Of a DNA stretch of 64,000 bases, positions 18,402 to 29,600 are shown piece after piece. The stretch spans positions 138,508,001 through 138,572,000 of the forward strand of contig NC_059429.1 in assembly GCF_021028975.2 (NCBI RefSeq), given 5' to 3'. A model generated the notes under the pieces. The model worked only from the letters and a program-made list of their open reading frames with translations, was not told the DNA's origin and made no database searches. Made by a program: the position numbers and the translations under genes. How positions within the stretch are numbered: position 1 is the first letter of the stretch; each line of letters starts with the position of its first letter. This DNA is from Sphaerodactylus townsendi (Eukaryota).

Positions 18402-19329
18402 TCTGGCCCCAGGCCCCTGGAACTGACCGCTACTGTCTAGGGGCCGTTTGCCGGATGTGACTGTCCCCCAAATTGCTGAGCCCCAAGGACTGACCTGCGG
18501 GGCTCTTTTCCCTTCTGTGAGGGGCTGAGAATGCACACATACGCACAAAGGTGTGCAGACAAGGAGCAGAGGGCCCCGGGGGGGTAGGGGGGGGAGAAGG
18601 GTGCCTGATGGGAGTTGAGATTGGCACATTCAGACCGTATCAAATCCCACCCCTCAAAAATCCCAAGAGGCAGCTCCACCAGCAGAGTTGGTCTCACGCT
18701 GGTCCTTTGGGTGGGTGCTTCCCTGCCCCCCCTCCTCTCCCCCCAGAGTGCCCCTGTTGTTGTGGTCTGAGTCCACTGGTTCCTACGGGAGGAAGACGGT
18801 GCCTGCTGAAACCCAAGCTTGTGAATAAACAGATCTTTCCTGTCTGTCAATTTTGATCTCTCATCTGTTAATTATCGCCCAGATTCTCGTTAATGGAAGT
18901 GGGCGGCCAGCTTGCTGAACTGGAGCGGTTTGGCGAGTTCTGAGCCGCCTTTGGCCGGGCAGCCAGCCAATTTCCGGGTCACTGGAAGCAAAGTGTTGGT
19001 GTCTCAGACCGAAGCTGCGATGTCTGGAAGGTTGCCTTAATGAGCCCTTCGGGGGAGGGCGGTTTATAAATACAATAAATAATAATAATAATACAGACCC
19101 TGAGCTCGACACGAGGGCAGTGGGGAAATGGGGGGTATTGAGTGGGGCCCCGGCTCAGGGGTGGAGCCTCCACTTGGCGTGCAGATGGTCCCGGATTCAG
19201 TCCCCGACATCTCCACGTGAGAGAACCATGAAGCAGGTGGTGTGAACGATCTACTAGAGCAGGGGCCTGCAACCTGCAGCTCTCCAGATGTTCATGGACT
19301 ACAAATCCCATCAGCCCCTGCCAGCATGA

Positions 19330-19957
19330 CCAAGTGTCCAGTTCTGGTCGCCGCATCTCAAAAAGGATATTGAAGAGATAGAAAAAGTGCAGAGAAGGGC
19401 AACGAGGATGATTGAGGGACTGGAGCACCTTCCTTATGAGGAGAGACTGCAGCGTTTGGGACTCTTTAGTTTGGAGAGGAGACGTCTGAGGGGGGATATG
19501 ATTGAAGTCTATAAATTATGCATGGGGTAGAAAAAATGCTGATAGAGAAATTTTTCTTTCTCACAATACTAGAACCAGGGGGCATTCATTGAAAATGCTG
19601 GGGGGAAGAATTAGGACTAATAAAAGGAAACACTTCTTCACGCAACGTGTGATTGGTGTTTGGAATATGCTGCCACAGGAGGTGGTGATGGCCACTCACC
19701 TGGATAGCTTTAAAAAGGGTTTGGACAGATTTATGGAGGAGAAGCTGATGTATGGCTACCAATCTTGATCCTCCTTGATCTGAGATTGCAAATGCCTTAG
19801 CAGACCAGGTGCTCGGGAGCAGCAGCAGCAGCAGAAGGCCATTGCTTTCTCATCCTGCATGCGAGCTCCCAAAGGCACCTGATGGGCCACTGCGAGTAGC
19901 AGAGTGCTGGACCAGATGGACTCTGGTCTGATCCAGCTGGCTTGTTCTTATGTTCTA
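19330..19957 (+). mobile_element. CR1-group LINE 3' fragment
   Basis: Near-identical to the 3' part of 4400-5258. Confidence 0.8.
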
Positions 19958-20614
19958 AGAGAGCTGCTGCCAGTACAAATAGACCATGATAAGCTTCATG
20001 AATAAATGGTCTAATTCAGTAGAAGGTGGCATCATATGTGTATATATACGTATGGCAGCGGAGGCCCACTTTTCAGTCCCAAAGACTGGAGTGTGACAAG
20101 CTGAAAGGCCCCCACTGGACATTAGGGGGATAAAATTTACAGCCAGAGCTGTTCAGCAGTAGAACCAACTGGCCAGGGAGGTGGGGAGCAGCTGGATAAA
20201 CGCTTCTCAGGGATGCTCTGGGCTCATCCTGCATTGAGTGGGCTGGGCGGAGGGTTAAGAACATAAGAGCAAGCCAGCTGGATCAGACCAGAGTCCATCT
20301 AGTCCAGCTCTCTGCTACTCGCAGTGGCCCACCAGGTGCCTTTGGGAGCTCACCTGCAGGAGGTGAAAGCAAGGGCCTTCTGCTGCTGCTGCTGCTCCTG
20401 AGCACCTGGTTGGGTGAGGTGCCCTCCTTGGCCCCCTCTCAGCCCAGTCTGGGCTTGCATGATGGGGTGCGGGAACTCAGGTGGCGAGGGGGGCTTTGTG
20501 TGGCCACGAAGTCAATAAGCTGGTCTCGGAAAAAAGTGGTTTTTGTAATCCCTTTATGTCACCTGTGCAGATCCAGCTGCAGAGGCACAGGACACACCCA
20601 CACACACACACCCA

Positions 20615-22638
20615 TTACTTCTCCAGCTGGGTTAGAAAAAGAGGGAAGAGGCTTCTGCTAGCCGCCCTCTTCCGCTGCCGGTCTCTCTTGCAGGCGAGGC
20701 CCAGGTGGGGCACTGAAGCCCACCCCCCCTGCGGGGCTCCCTCCTGGTCCACGCTGCCGGACGGCAGGCTCTCTGCCACAAAGTTTTGGGCCGCCGAGAT
20801 CATGTCCTCCTCGCGAACTCCCGGCACCGGCACTGTGGGGATGCCGGCGATCATCATGGCCAAGGTCAAGATGCAGATGTTGGGAGGCAGGCGGGGCGCC
20901 GGCTGAGCTCCCGGTTCGGAGTCCAGCGGCACCGACATCCAGACGATGCCCCTGGGCAAGAAGGCCTGCCGGGCCAGCTGGAAGTCTCCCCTGGAGCTGG
21001 CAAAAACCTTGGGCTGCGGGCCAAGAGGGGGCGGCATCGCAGCGGGGAGGCATGGCCACCTGTTCCCGGTCTGCTCAGAAGGGAGCTCCGGTGCCGGGCC
21101 TGCTTGGGGGAACCTCCTGGCCGGCCTCCGTGTGGCCCCCTGGCTGGGGGGGCTGGGTGACAGGAATCCTCTCCTGCAAGGGAGCTTGAAGTCTGACTCA
21201 GGAAGCACCTGGGTGGGGCTGACCTTGGGGGCAGGCCCCCTCCTGGCGGGCGCTTTCCTCCTGAACACCACGTGAGTGGTGACTGAAGCGGGGGGCAGAC
21301 TGAGCAGGCTGTTCGGTGCCAGTTTGAGGTCTCTGCTGTCGGCCTCTCCTAAAATTGGGGGTGGGGAGAGAACAGAGATCAGCCGGAGAAGAAGAGGAGT
21401 TTGGGTTTATACCCCACCTTTCTCTCCTGTAAGGAGACTCAAGGTGACTTGCAAGCTCCTCTCCCCACAACAGACACCTTGTGAAGTAGGCAGGGCTAAA
21501 GTTCTGAGAGAACTGTGACTGGCCGAAGGTCACCCAGCAGGAATATGTAGGAGTGCGGAGACACATCTGGTTCACCAGATAAGCCTCTGCCACTTGGGTG
21601 GAGGAGTGGGGAATCCAACCCGGTTCTCCAGATTAGAGTCCACCTGCTCCTAACCACGACGCCTCGCCTGGCAAGCTGCTGTCTCCTCCAAGGGGGCAGC
21701 TGAGAGGAGGGAGCCAAGTGTGCCTCGGATCCCGATCCCTGGCCCACACAGTTTCCCGCAGAGTAAACATCTTTCTCAAGCAGGGGCCGCAGGAGTGGTG
21801 ACTTGCATTCCTCTGGCTCCCAGTTTCTCACCCCACCCCAGGAGCTTCCAGCAAGCGTAGGAGAAGTTGCCAGCGGCCTCCCAGGTGAGGAGGAAAAGGT
21901 GACAGCGGCCACACCCGCCCTTTGAGGCACACTTGGCAGGAGGAGGGGCCTCCAACGCCACAAGCCTCCTGAATGCTGCGGGGGGGGGGGGGGTTGGGGG
22001 GAGCACCGTGTGACTCCCTCGTTCATTGAATGATCACAACAACCCTGTAATGCGGTTTGGGCAGAGAGAAAGCGACGGGCCCAGGGTCTCACCCAGAGAG
22101 CTCCACAGCCGAGCCAAGTTTTAAACAGGGCTTGCTTGTCCCAGAGCCGTGGTGGCGAACCTTTGGCACTCCAGATGTTATGGACTACAATTCCCATCAG
22201 CCCCAATTGGCCATGCTGGCAGGGGCTGATGGGAATTGTAGTCCATAACATCTGGAGTGCCAAAGGTTCGCCACCACTGTCCTAGAGAGACTACACCTTC
22301 CACACCATACTGGGCCTCTCTTAACTTGGTCTATTTCTTAAGGTTGTTGTGAGAATAAAGTAGGGAGGGGGAAACTATGGACACCCCCCCCCCCCCGCTT
22401 TGGGCTCTTGGGTAGAAATTGGGGTTGGGGCTCCCTCAGCCTTTCTTGTTTCTGGGGCTAGAAATCACCTCTGCTTGCTGCAGGCACGGATTCTCTTAGC
22501 AGCCGGTGGGCTTCAGGGCAGAGGCCAGCTCGGCTGCTTTCCTGCACAAAATGCCGGGGCGGGGAGAGAAGAAGCCATACCTTGGCGGGGGGGTGGCAGG
22601 AAGCTCAGGGTGGCCTCCCCCCTCCTGGGCTCGGCCAT
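20615..22638 (-). CDS. SPATA25: Spermatogenesis-associated 25 (exons 22638-22581, 21348-20615; ~263 aa)
   Basis: Conserved ICILTLAMMIAGIPTVPVPGVREED motif. Short phase-1 exon 1 (MAEPRRGEATLSFLPPPRQ G|gtatg) fits the acceptor at 21349-21350. Syntenic position. Exon 1 is less certain than exon 2. Confidence 0.88.
22147..22279. mobile_element. Palindromic hAT MITE
   Basis: TSD tcccagag/tcctagag; same core family. Confidence 0.8.
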
Positions 22639-23035
22639 GGCAAGTGCGGCGGCTTCCCTGCATTCTAGAACCGGCATCACAGGGCTCGGCCCTTAGGTCA
22701 CACAGAGCCACTGCGGGCGGCCTCTGCTTGCCCTTTTGCCCAACCTGCGGGGCCTGTGTTGCTCCAAAGAGCTGGCGGGGACAGTGGCCCCAGGAGGAGG
22801 CCTGGGCCTGCACCAAACCTGCCCCCTCGGTTATCAGCCCTGTCCCAGAGGCTGCCAGGGAGTCTCCACTCCCACCACTGAGTGGTTCTGCCCTGAGGCA
22901 CTTTTTATCCTTGAATTTTCGTCTTGATAATAAAACTCAGCATGTCTTGTGCTGCCCACCCCCTCCCACCCCCCACTCCAGTGTGCCTCCATCCCTACCA
23001 CTTCTGGGCTACTACGGTGTTCAGGCCTTCAAAGT

Positions 23036-23362
23036 GCAGAATCATAGAGTTGGAAGAGACCCCCAAGGGCCATCCAGTCCAGCCCCCTGCCATGCAGGAA
23101 CACACCATCAAAGCACTCCTGACATATGATCATCCAGCCTCTGTTTAAAGACCTCCAAAGAAGGAGACTCCACCACTCTCCGAGGCAGTGCATCCCACTG
23201 TCGAACAGCCCTGACAGTCAGAAAGTTCTTCCTGATGTTCAGGTGGAATCTCTTTTCCTGCACCTTGAACCCATGACTCCGTGTCCTGGTCTCTGAGGCA
23301 GCAGAAAACAAGCTTGCTCCCTCTTCGACATGGCATCCCTTCAAATATTTAAACATGGCTGT
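23036..23362 (-). mobile_element. CR1 LINE 3' end
   Basis: MFKYLKGCHVEEG...RKNFLTVRAVRQW; same family as the 3' end at ~3170-3485. Confidence 0.8.
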
Positions 23363-23612
23363 CAGGTCCCCCCATAACCAAGACTTCCTTTCATCTGTGC
23401 TTGAAGTGACAAGCTCTTGACAGTAAAATCCACCTCTCCTGCCCAGGGGTCACTGTTGTGGCTTGCAGCTGACAACCCCCCCCCCCCCATGGCTGCAAGA
23501 TCTGGGAGCAAGGTGGTCTGTTGGTGGCACAAGTCTCCACGCCTGCCGTGCTGACTGCAAAACCCCCAAAGCCCTTGGAGGAGCGAAGGACGCGGCCACG
23601 GCCTGGACAACA

Positions 23613-26600
23613 TCATTCGTATTTGCACAAGTTCTTCAGGAGTGGCGGCAGGTCGAGGCCGTCGATGTCCAGCCGGTGCGCCACGTGCTTCTGGATGGCC
23701 AGTCGGCAGAGGGTCTGCAGGGAGGGAACTGGAAAGGAAAGGGAAAGGAGGGCTGAGGTTTGCAGGGAGGCTGCCTCTGCGGCTCTAGCTGGGGCCGTTC
23801 TGGGCCAGAGAAGGTGCCCATCCGAAATGGGTTGGCTCAGCCTGGCCGCCCATCTGAATGAGGGTGCCCCACTTTGCTGTATCCCCGGGAATTTCCCTAT
23901 TTCCAAAGGAATTGACTGAAGGGCAGGTGGCAGCAAGAAGATAATTCCGGGCTGTGTTCAGTAATGACATTTCTCCCCTTCTCTTTGGCTAGTCTGGCCT
24001 GTTCCCGAACAAGCAAATTGAGAGCCAGCACGGTGCAGTGGTTAAGAGCGGGTGGATTCTAGTCTGGAGAACCAGGTTTGATTCCCCCACTCCTCTACCT
24101 CACAAGCTGTGTCTGTTGTGGGGAGAGGAAGGGAAAGGAGTTTGTAAGCCCCTCTGAGTTCTCCTTACAGGAGAGAAAGGTGGGGTGTGCATTCAAACTG
24201 TTCTTCTTGCCAGACTGTCTCATCTCAGTGGTATGAGTATGACCACAAAAAGGCCCAATGCGTGCCAGAGGTGATAGGAGAAGGAGGAGGAGGAGGAGGA
24301 GTTTGGATTTATATCCCCCCTTTCTCTCCTGCAGGAGACTCAAAGGGGCTGACAATCTCCTTGCCCTTCCCCCCTCACAACAAACACCCTGTGAGGTAGG
24401 TGGGGCTGAGAGAGCTCCGAGAAGCTGTGACTAGCCCAAGGTCACTCAGCTGGCGTGTGTGGGTGTGCACAGGCTAATCTGAATTCCCCAGATAAGCCTC
24501 CACAGCTCAGGAGGCAGAGCTGGGAATCAAACCCGGTTCCTCCAGATTCGATACACGAGCTCTTAACCTCCTACGCCACTGCACCCGATCTCTGCCAACT
24601 TGCACTCTTTCACGGCTGGCCCAAACAACACAAGGGCTTTGACTGTAGATCTTGGGGAAGTTTCCCTACAAGGAAAGGTTTCTGAGTCGGGGACTTTTCA
24701 GACTGGAAAAGGGATGGCTGAGGGAAGACATAATAAAGGTTTATAAAATCACGCACAACGTGAAGAAAGTTGACGCAGTGAGCTTTCTCTTCCTTTCCCA
24801 TCCTCCTAGAACGGAAGGCTGCCCAATGGGATTGTGTGGGGAAAGGATCTGGCCAGACAAAAAGCAATCCTTGTTTACTCAATGAGTAATCAAATGAGAA
24901 TTCACTGCCAATGGAGCAACAACTACTAGTGGCGAACCTTTGGCACTCCAGATGTTATGGCCAATTGGGGCTGATGGGAATTGTAGTCCATAACATCTGG
25001 AGTGCAAAAGGTTCGCCACCATGGCAAAGTGGGCTAGGTTCCTGGGGAATGCCTGCTAGCCGGTCTCTGGGTCTGGGTGCTGGGATGCAGTGGCAGGGAG
25101 TCCCCTCGGCCCCTTTGCTCCACTCCTTTGGCCCTCCAGCACAACTGGCTGCCTGCTGCGTGAGACAAACCCACACGGGGCTGATGGAGGAGGGCTCTTC
25201 TTGTCATCCATGCCTGCCACGCCAAGCCTGGAACTGGACAGTTTGCTTTGCTGTGGAACGAGCGTCAGTCGATGACAGTGCTTGGAACGGCCTTTCTGCT
25301 CCAGGCGGCCTGGTTGTGTGTGGGAGGGGACTGCTCGCCAGACTCAACAGGAAGCCTCCCATCCAAGTTTATCCCCACTGGCATGTTTTGGGAATTGCAA
25401 GCAGACAGGCTTTCTTGCCGTGCCGCCAGCCTGGAAGTTACACTTTGCGTATTGAAGTCAGAGCCATCTATGCGTGTTAATGAAGTATCGTGGAAGGCTT
25501 TCGCGGCCGGAATCACGAGGGTGTTGTGGGCTTTCCGGGTTGTATGGCCGTGCTCCAGTAGCATTCTCTCCTGACGTTTTGCCTGCATCTATGGCCATAC
25601 AACCCGGAAAACTCACGACACCCTCATGTTAATGATGTTTCCAGCTGCATCTAACACCAACACACACGCACACAGGGCAGGCTGCTCGAAACCCTCTCCA
25701 GCTGCAGCGGAGGCGGCAAGCCAGTCTGTTCCCTGGGCCTGCTTCTCTCTTGCCTGCCAAAGCCCTGCAGGTCATCAAGAGAAGAAGAAGAAGAGTTTGG
25801 ATTTATATCCCCCCTTTCTCTCCTGCAGGAGACTCAAAGGGGCTGACAATCTCCTTGCCCTTTCCCCCTCACAACAAACACCCTGTGAGGTAGGTGGGGC
25901 TGAGAGAGCTCCGAGAAGCTGTGACTAGCCCAAGGTCACCCAGCTGGCGTGTGTGGGAGTGCACAGGCTAATCTGAATTCCCCAAATAAGCCTCCACAGC
26001 TCAGGCGGCAGAGCTGGGAATCAAACCCGGTTCCTCCAGATTAGATACGCAAGCTCTTAACCTCCTACGCCACTGCTGCTCCTCTCCCTGCCTCTCCCCA
26101 CAACAAACACCTTGTGAGGTCGGTGGGGCTGAGAGTGCCCTGACTAGCCCAAGGTCACCCAGCGGGCTTCATGTGGGAAGGAGGGAAATCATCTATCATC
26201 ACTCCACAATCATGATTGTGAAATGATGACAGGTTATTTAAACGTTGCTAATATTCCTATTGCTCACACCGCAGTTGTGGGTGAGTGTTTGTTGTAAGCT
26301 GAAAGCATTATTTGGGCTAGAGATTTAAGAAGTACTTTCGCATGTATGTAAACACAAGAAGTTTCATTGTAAAGATTTGAAATGCACGGCTGTCTTGGGA
26401 CAAGTGTGTGAGCCCTTGGGGCTGCTGTTCCCCACGTGCCTCTAAAGAAGCCTCTAGAGCACAGGTGTCAAACTCGCGGCCCTCCAGATGTTATGGACTA
26501 CATCATGCTGGCAGGGGGTGATGGGAACTGTAGTCCATAACATCTGGAGGGCCGCGAGTGTGACACCTGTGCTCTAAAGGCAATTTGGAGCACCCAGAGC

Positions 26601-29600
26601 AGGCAGACGTCTGGGGATCTTTTATTGGGTGGCTGGTGCCCTTGTGGGCATTTCCGAGCATGCCTCTGGAACGGGCGTGCCCAGGAAGAGCCTGCTTCCA
26701 GATTCCCTGCCTGCCTCTTCTGGCTGCCCTGCTTTGTGTTCCCACACAGGCAGGAGGACTGACAGGGACATGGGCTTCATTCTCTCCTGCATCGGTCCCC
26801 TCTGACTCAGAAGCCCGCCAGGTTCTGGAGTGTGGCAAAGCCCCGTGGAACCTGTTTGGCAGAGATGGTCTTGGGATGAGTGTGTCTCTTCCGCACCGCC
26901 TCCACCTCACGCCTCTATTCTGAGTCACTCTCATACCTCAGTGCTGGGGAAACACGTCCCAGGAAAGGATTCCGGAAGGGCCGAAGGGGAGATCCGCTAG
27001 ATCTCATGTCCCTTGGTGTAGCACCAGGTGAGGCCGTGCCTCTGTGTTCTTTGCCTCCCGAACGCCCTCCATGCTTGGACAGGGCTTGGACAGATTTATG
27101 GAGGAGAAGTCGATCTCTGGCTCCCAATCTTGACCCTCCTTGATCTGAGATTGCAAATGCCTTAGCAGACCAGGTGCTCGGGAGCAGCAGCCGCAGAAGG
27201 CCATTGCTTTCACCTCCTGCAGGTGAGCTCCCAATGGCACCTGGTGGGCCACTGCGAGTAGCAGAGAGCTGGACTAGATGGACTCTGGTCTGATCCAGAA
27301 GGCTAGTTCTTATGTTCTTATGCCAGAAGCTGGTGATTCCAGTCTTCGCTTGTTCTCTGTTGAACTGCAGACAAACTGAGGGCTTGACCCAGAGGGAAGA
27401 CCGGCTGGCCGAAAGGGCCCCTTTCCTGTTGGATTACGGTTTCCGGTGAGGAAGCTTCCGTCCTTTCACCTCTAGGTTTGCAGGAGGATTCTGGTTTTGG
27501 CGCAACACCTTTCTCCTCAAGTTACCTCATTCAATCAGTTCCATCTGCACCCCCAGGACACCCCCCCCCCCCAAGTCTTGCATCTCCAACTGCAAGATTT
27601 TCACTGTGATGTCTCATCCCTCTGTCAAGTGTGGCCTTTCCATCCCAGAATCAACAGCTCCTCGGCGCCTCCGCAGGTCCTCCACGTCTGTCCTGGGTTT
27701 TTTCCTCCGTCCCTTTGCCTCCACTGCTCTGCAGATTCCACCCGTCACCGCCGGGTCTCCGGACAGGAGGGCGGCAGTCCTGCCTGTCTTTGCTTTGGGG
27801 GAGCGCTTTCCTTTCCGTGGGCCTCCTGAGAACCCTGTGACCACCAAGCCCACTGGCCCAGCCCAGGGCCTCAGCAGGTGGACTCTCTGGTTGCCCTGCG
27901 CAATGGCTCCCTATCCCTCCGGGCTCTCCGGGCTGCGTGTGGCCGGTGCCTGTTCCTAGCCCACCCTCTAAAGGTCTTCCGGCCTTTGCTTTCCCCTCTG
28001 AACCCTTCCCTGCCCCAACTCTGCCACTTTCGGCCACTCAAAGGAGGCTGCGAGTGACCCTCATGCCTGGAACGGAGCCCACCCACCGTGGAAGTTTTTC
28101 TTCAACGTGCTCCTTTCCCCAGGGAGTCTTTTGACCTCCTGGCCAGCAGAGTTGCATTTTGATGTACTGTCGAAGGCTTTCACGGCCGGAATCACTGGGG
28201 TGCTGTGTGGTTTCCGGGCTGTATGGCCGTGTTCTAGCAGCATCCTCTCCTGACGTTTCGCCTGCATCTGTGGCTGGCATCTTCAGAGGATCTGATAGTA
28301 GGAATGGAATTACTCCCAGGCTACAGACTTCTTTGTGACTCACATACCAGGCTACTCTATTCAGATGGCCTCACCTTTTGACCTCACAGGTATATATACT
28401 CCACTTGCTTTCCATTCCTACTATCAGAGCCTCTGAAGATGCCAGCCACAGATGCAGGCGAAACGTCAGGTGAGAATGCTGCTAGAACACGGCCAGACAG
28501 CCCGGAAACCACACAGCACCCCAGAGTTGCATTTTCTTTGCTCCCCAAGCTCTCTAAAGCACTTGATACACTGAGGTCTCACTGGCGGCCTTCGGAGACA
28601 ATTCTTAGAAGATGCAGTTCCAGAGTAGAAACCTTTGTGGCCTCTGGGGAACATCGCAAATTGCTTCCCTTCTCTGCCATATCTACAGCCTGGTGTAATG
28701 AGCAGAGGAGCAGACTTGGATCTGGGAGACGCAGGTTTGAGTCCCCCACCCATGCCACGGAAGCTGGCTACGTGACCCTGGATCAGCCACATACTCTCAG
28801 CCTAAGCTACCTTGCAGGGGTATTGTTAGGATAAAACGGAAGAGAGGAGAATAATGTAAGCTGCTCTGGGTCCCCGTTGGGGGAAAAAGCAGAATATAAA
28901 TAAATTACATTAAAATTAAAAATGGAATCACCAATAAAGAGTGGGGTGTCCTGTTGGGGCCTTCCAAAACAGCATGATTTTTCCCCTGTCCTCAGTGACC
29001 TCTGAAATCTGGGTGCAAAATCCTGACAAAAACGTTGCCTGAGTGGTGTCCAGGAACGCTCTTGGCCCTCCCACACTGCTGCAGCCGTTTCTACATATTT
29101 GTGCAGTTTCAGTTTGTAAAAAGTAACAGTCGAATATGTGTCGCAGTAAACTTTTTCGAGGGCCAATGCTTCTGGTGCTGGGGGGGGGGGGCGCTTTTTT
29201 GCCACAAGGAACATCTTGCTGAGTCATCATCCAATTTCCTGGTTTCCATGTTTATAACACAATCTGCAAAGGCAGTTTTGTGCCGCAGCTGAAAACCCCT
29301 TTGGGGGCATTTTGGGTCGGGAGGGCAAGGAAGTTGCACTCTGGGGGCAAAAATCCTTCCGTGCACAGAAACACAGACGGGTGGATCCAAGCCTGTGCTT
29401 TCCAGCTTCATCAGCAGTGGCGTAGGAGGTTAAGAGCTCGTGTATCTAATCTGGAGGAACCGGGTTTGATTCCCAGGTTTGATCCCCAGCTCTGCCGCCT
29501 GAGCTGTGGAGGCTTATCTGGGGAATTCAGTTTAGCCTGAACACTCCCACACACGCCAGCTGGGTGACCTTGGGCTAGTCACAGCTTCTCGGAGCTCTCT

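Noticed and set aside
18455-18500. Possible SECIS element for the in-frame UGA upstream of ZSWIM1
   Set aside because: GUGA...AAA...UGAC is present but helix II pairs only ~4 bp; not a credible SECIS.
19140-19215. tRNA-like sequence
   Set aside because: Degenerate A/B boxes followed by a repeat body; a SINE head, not a tRNA gene. The same applies to the Squam3-like heads.
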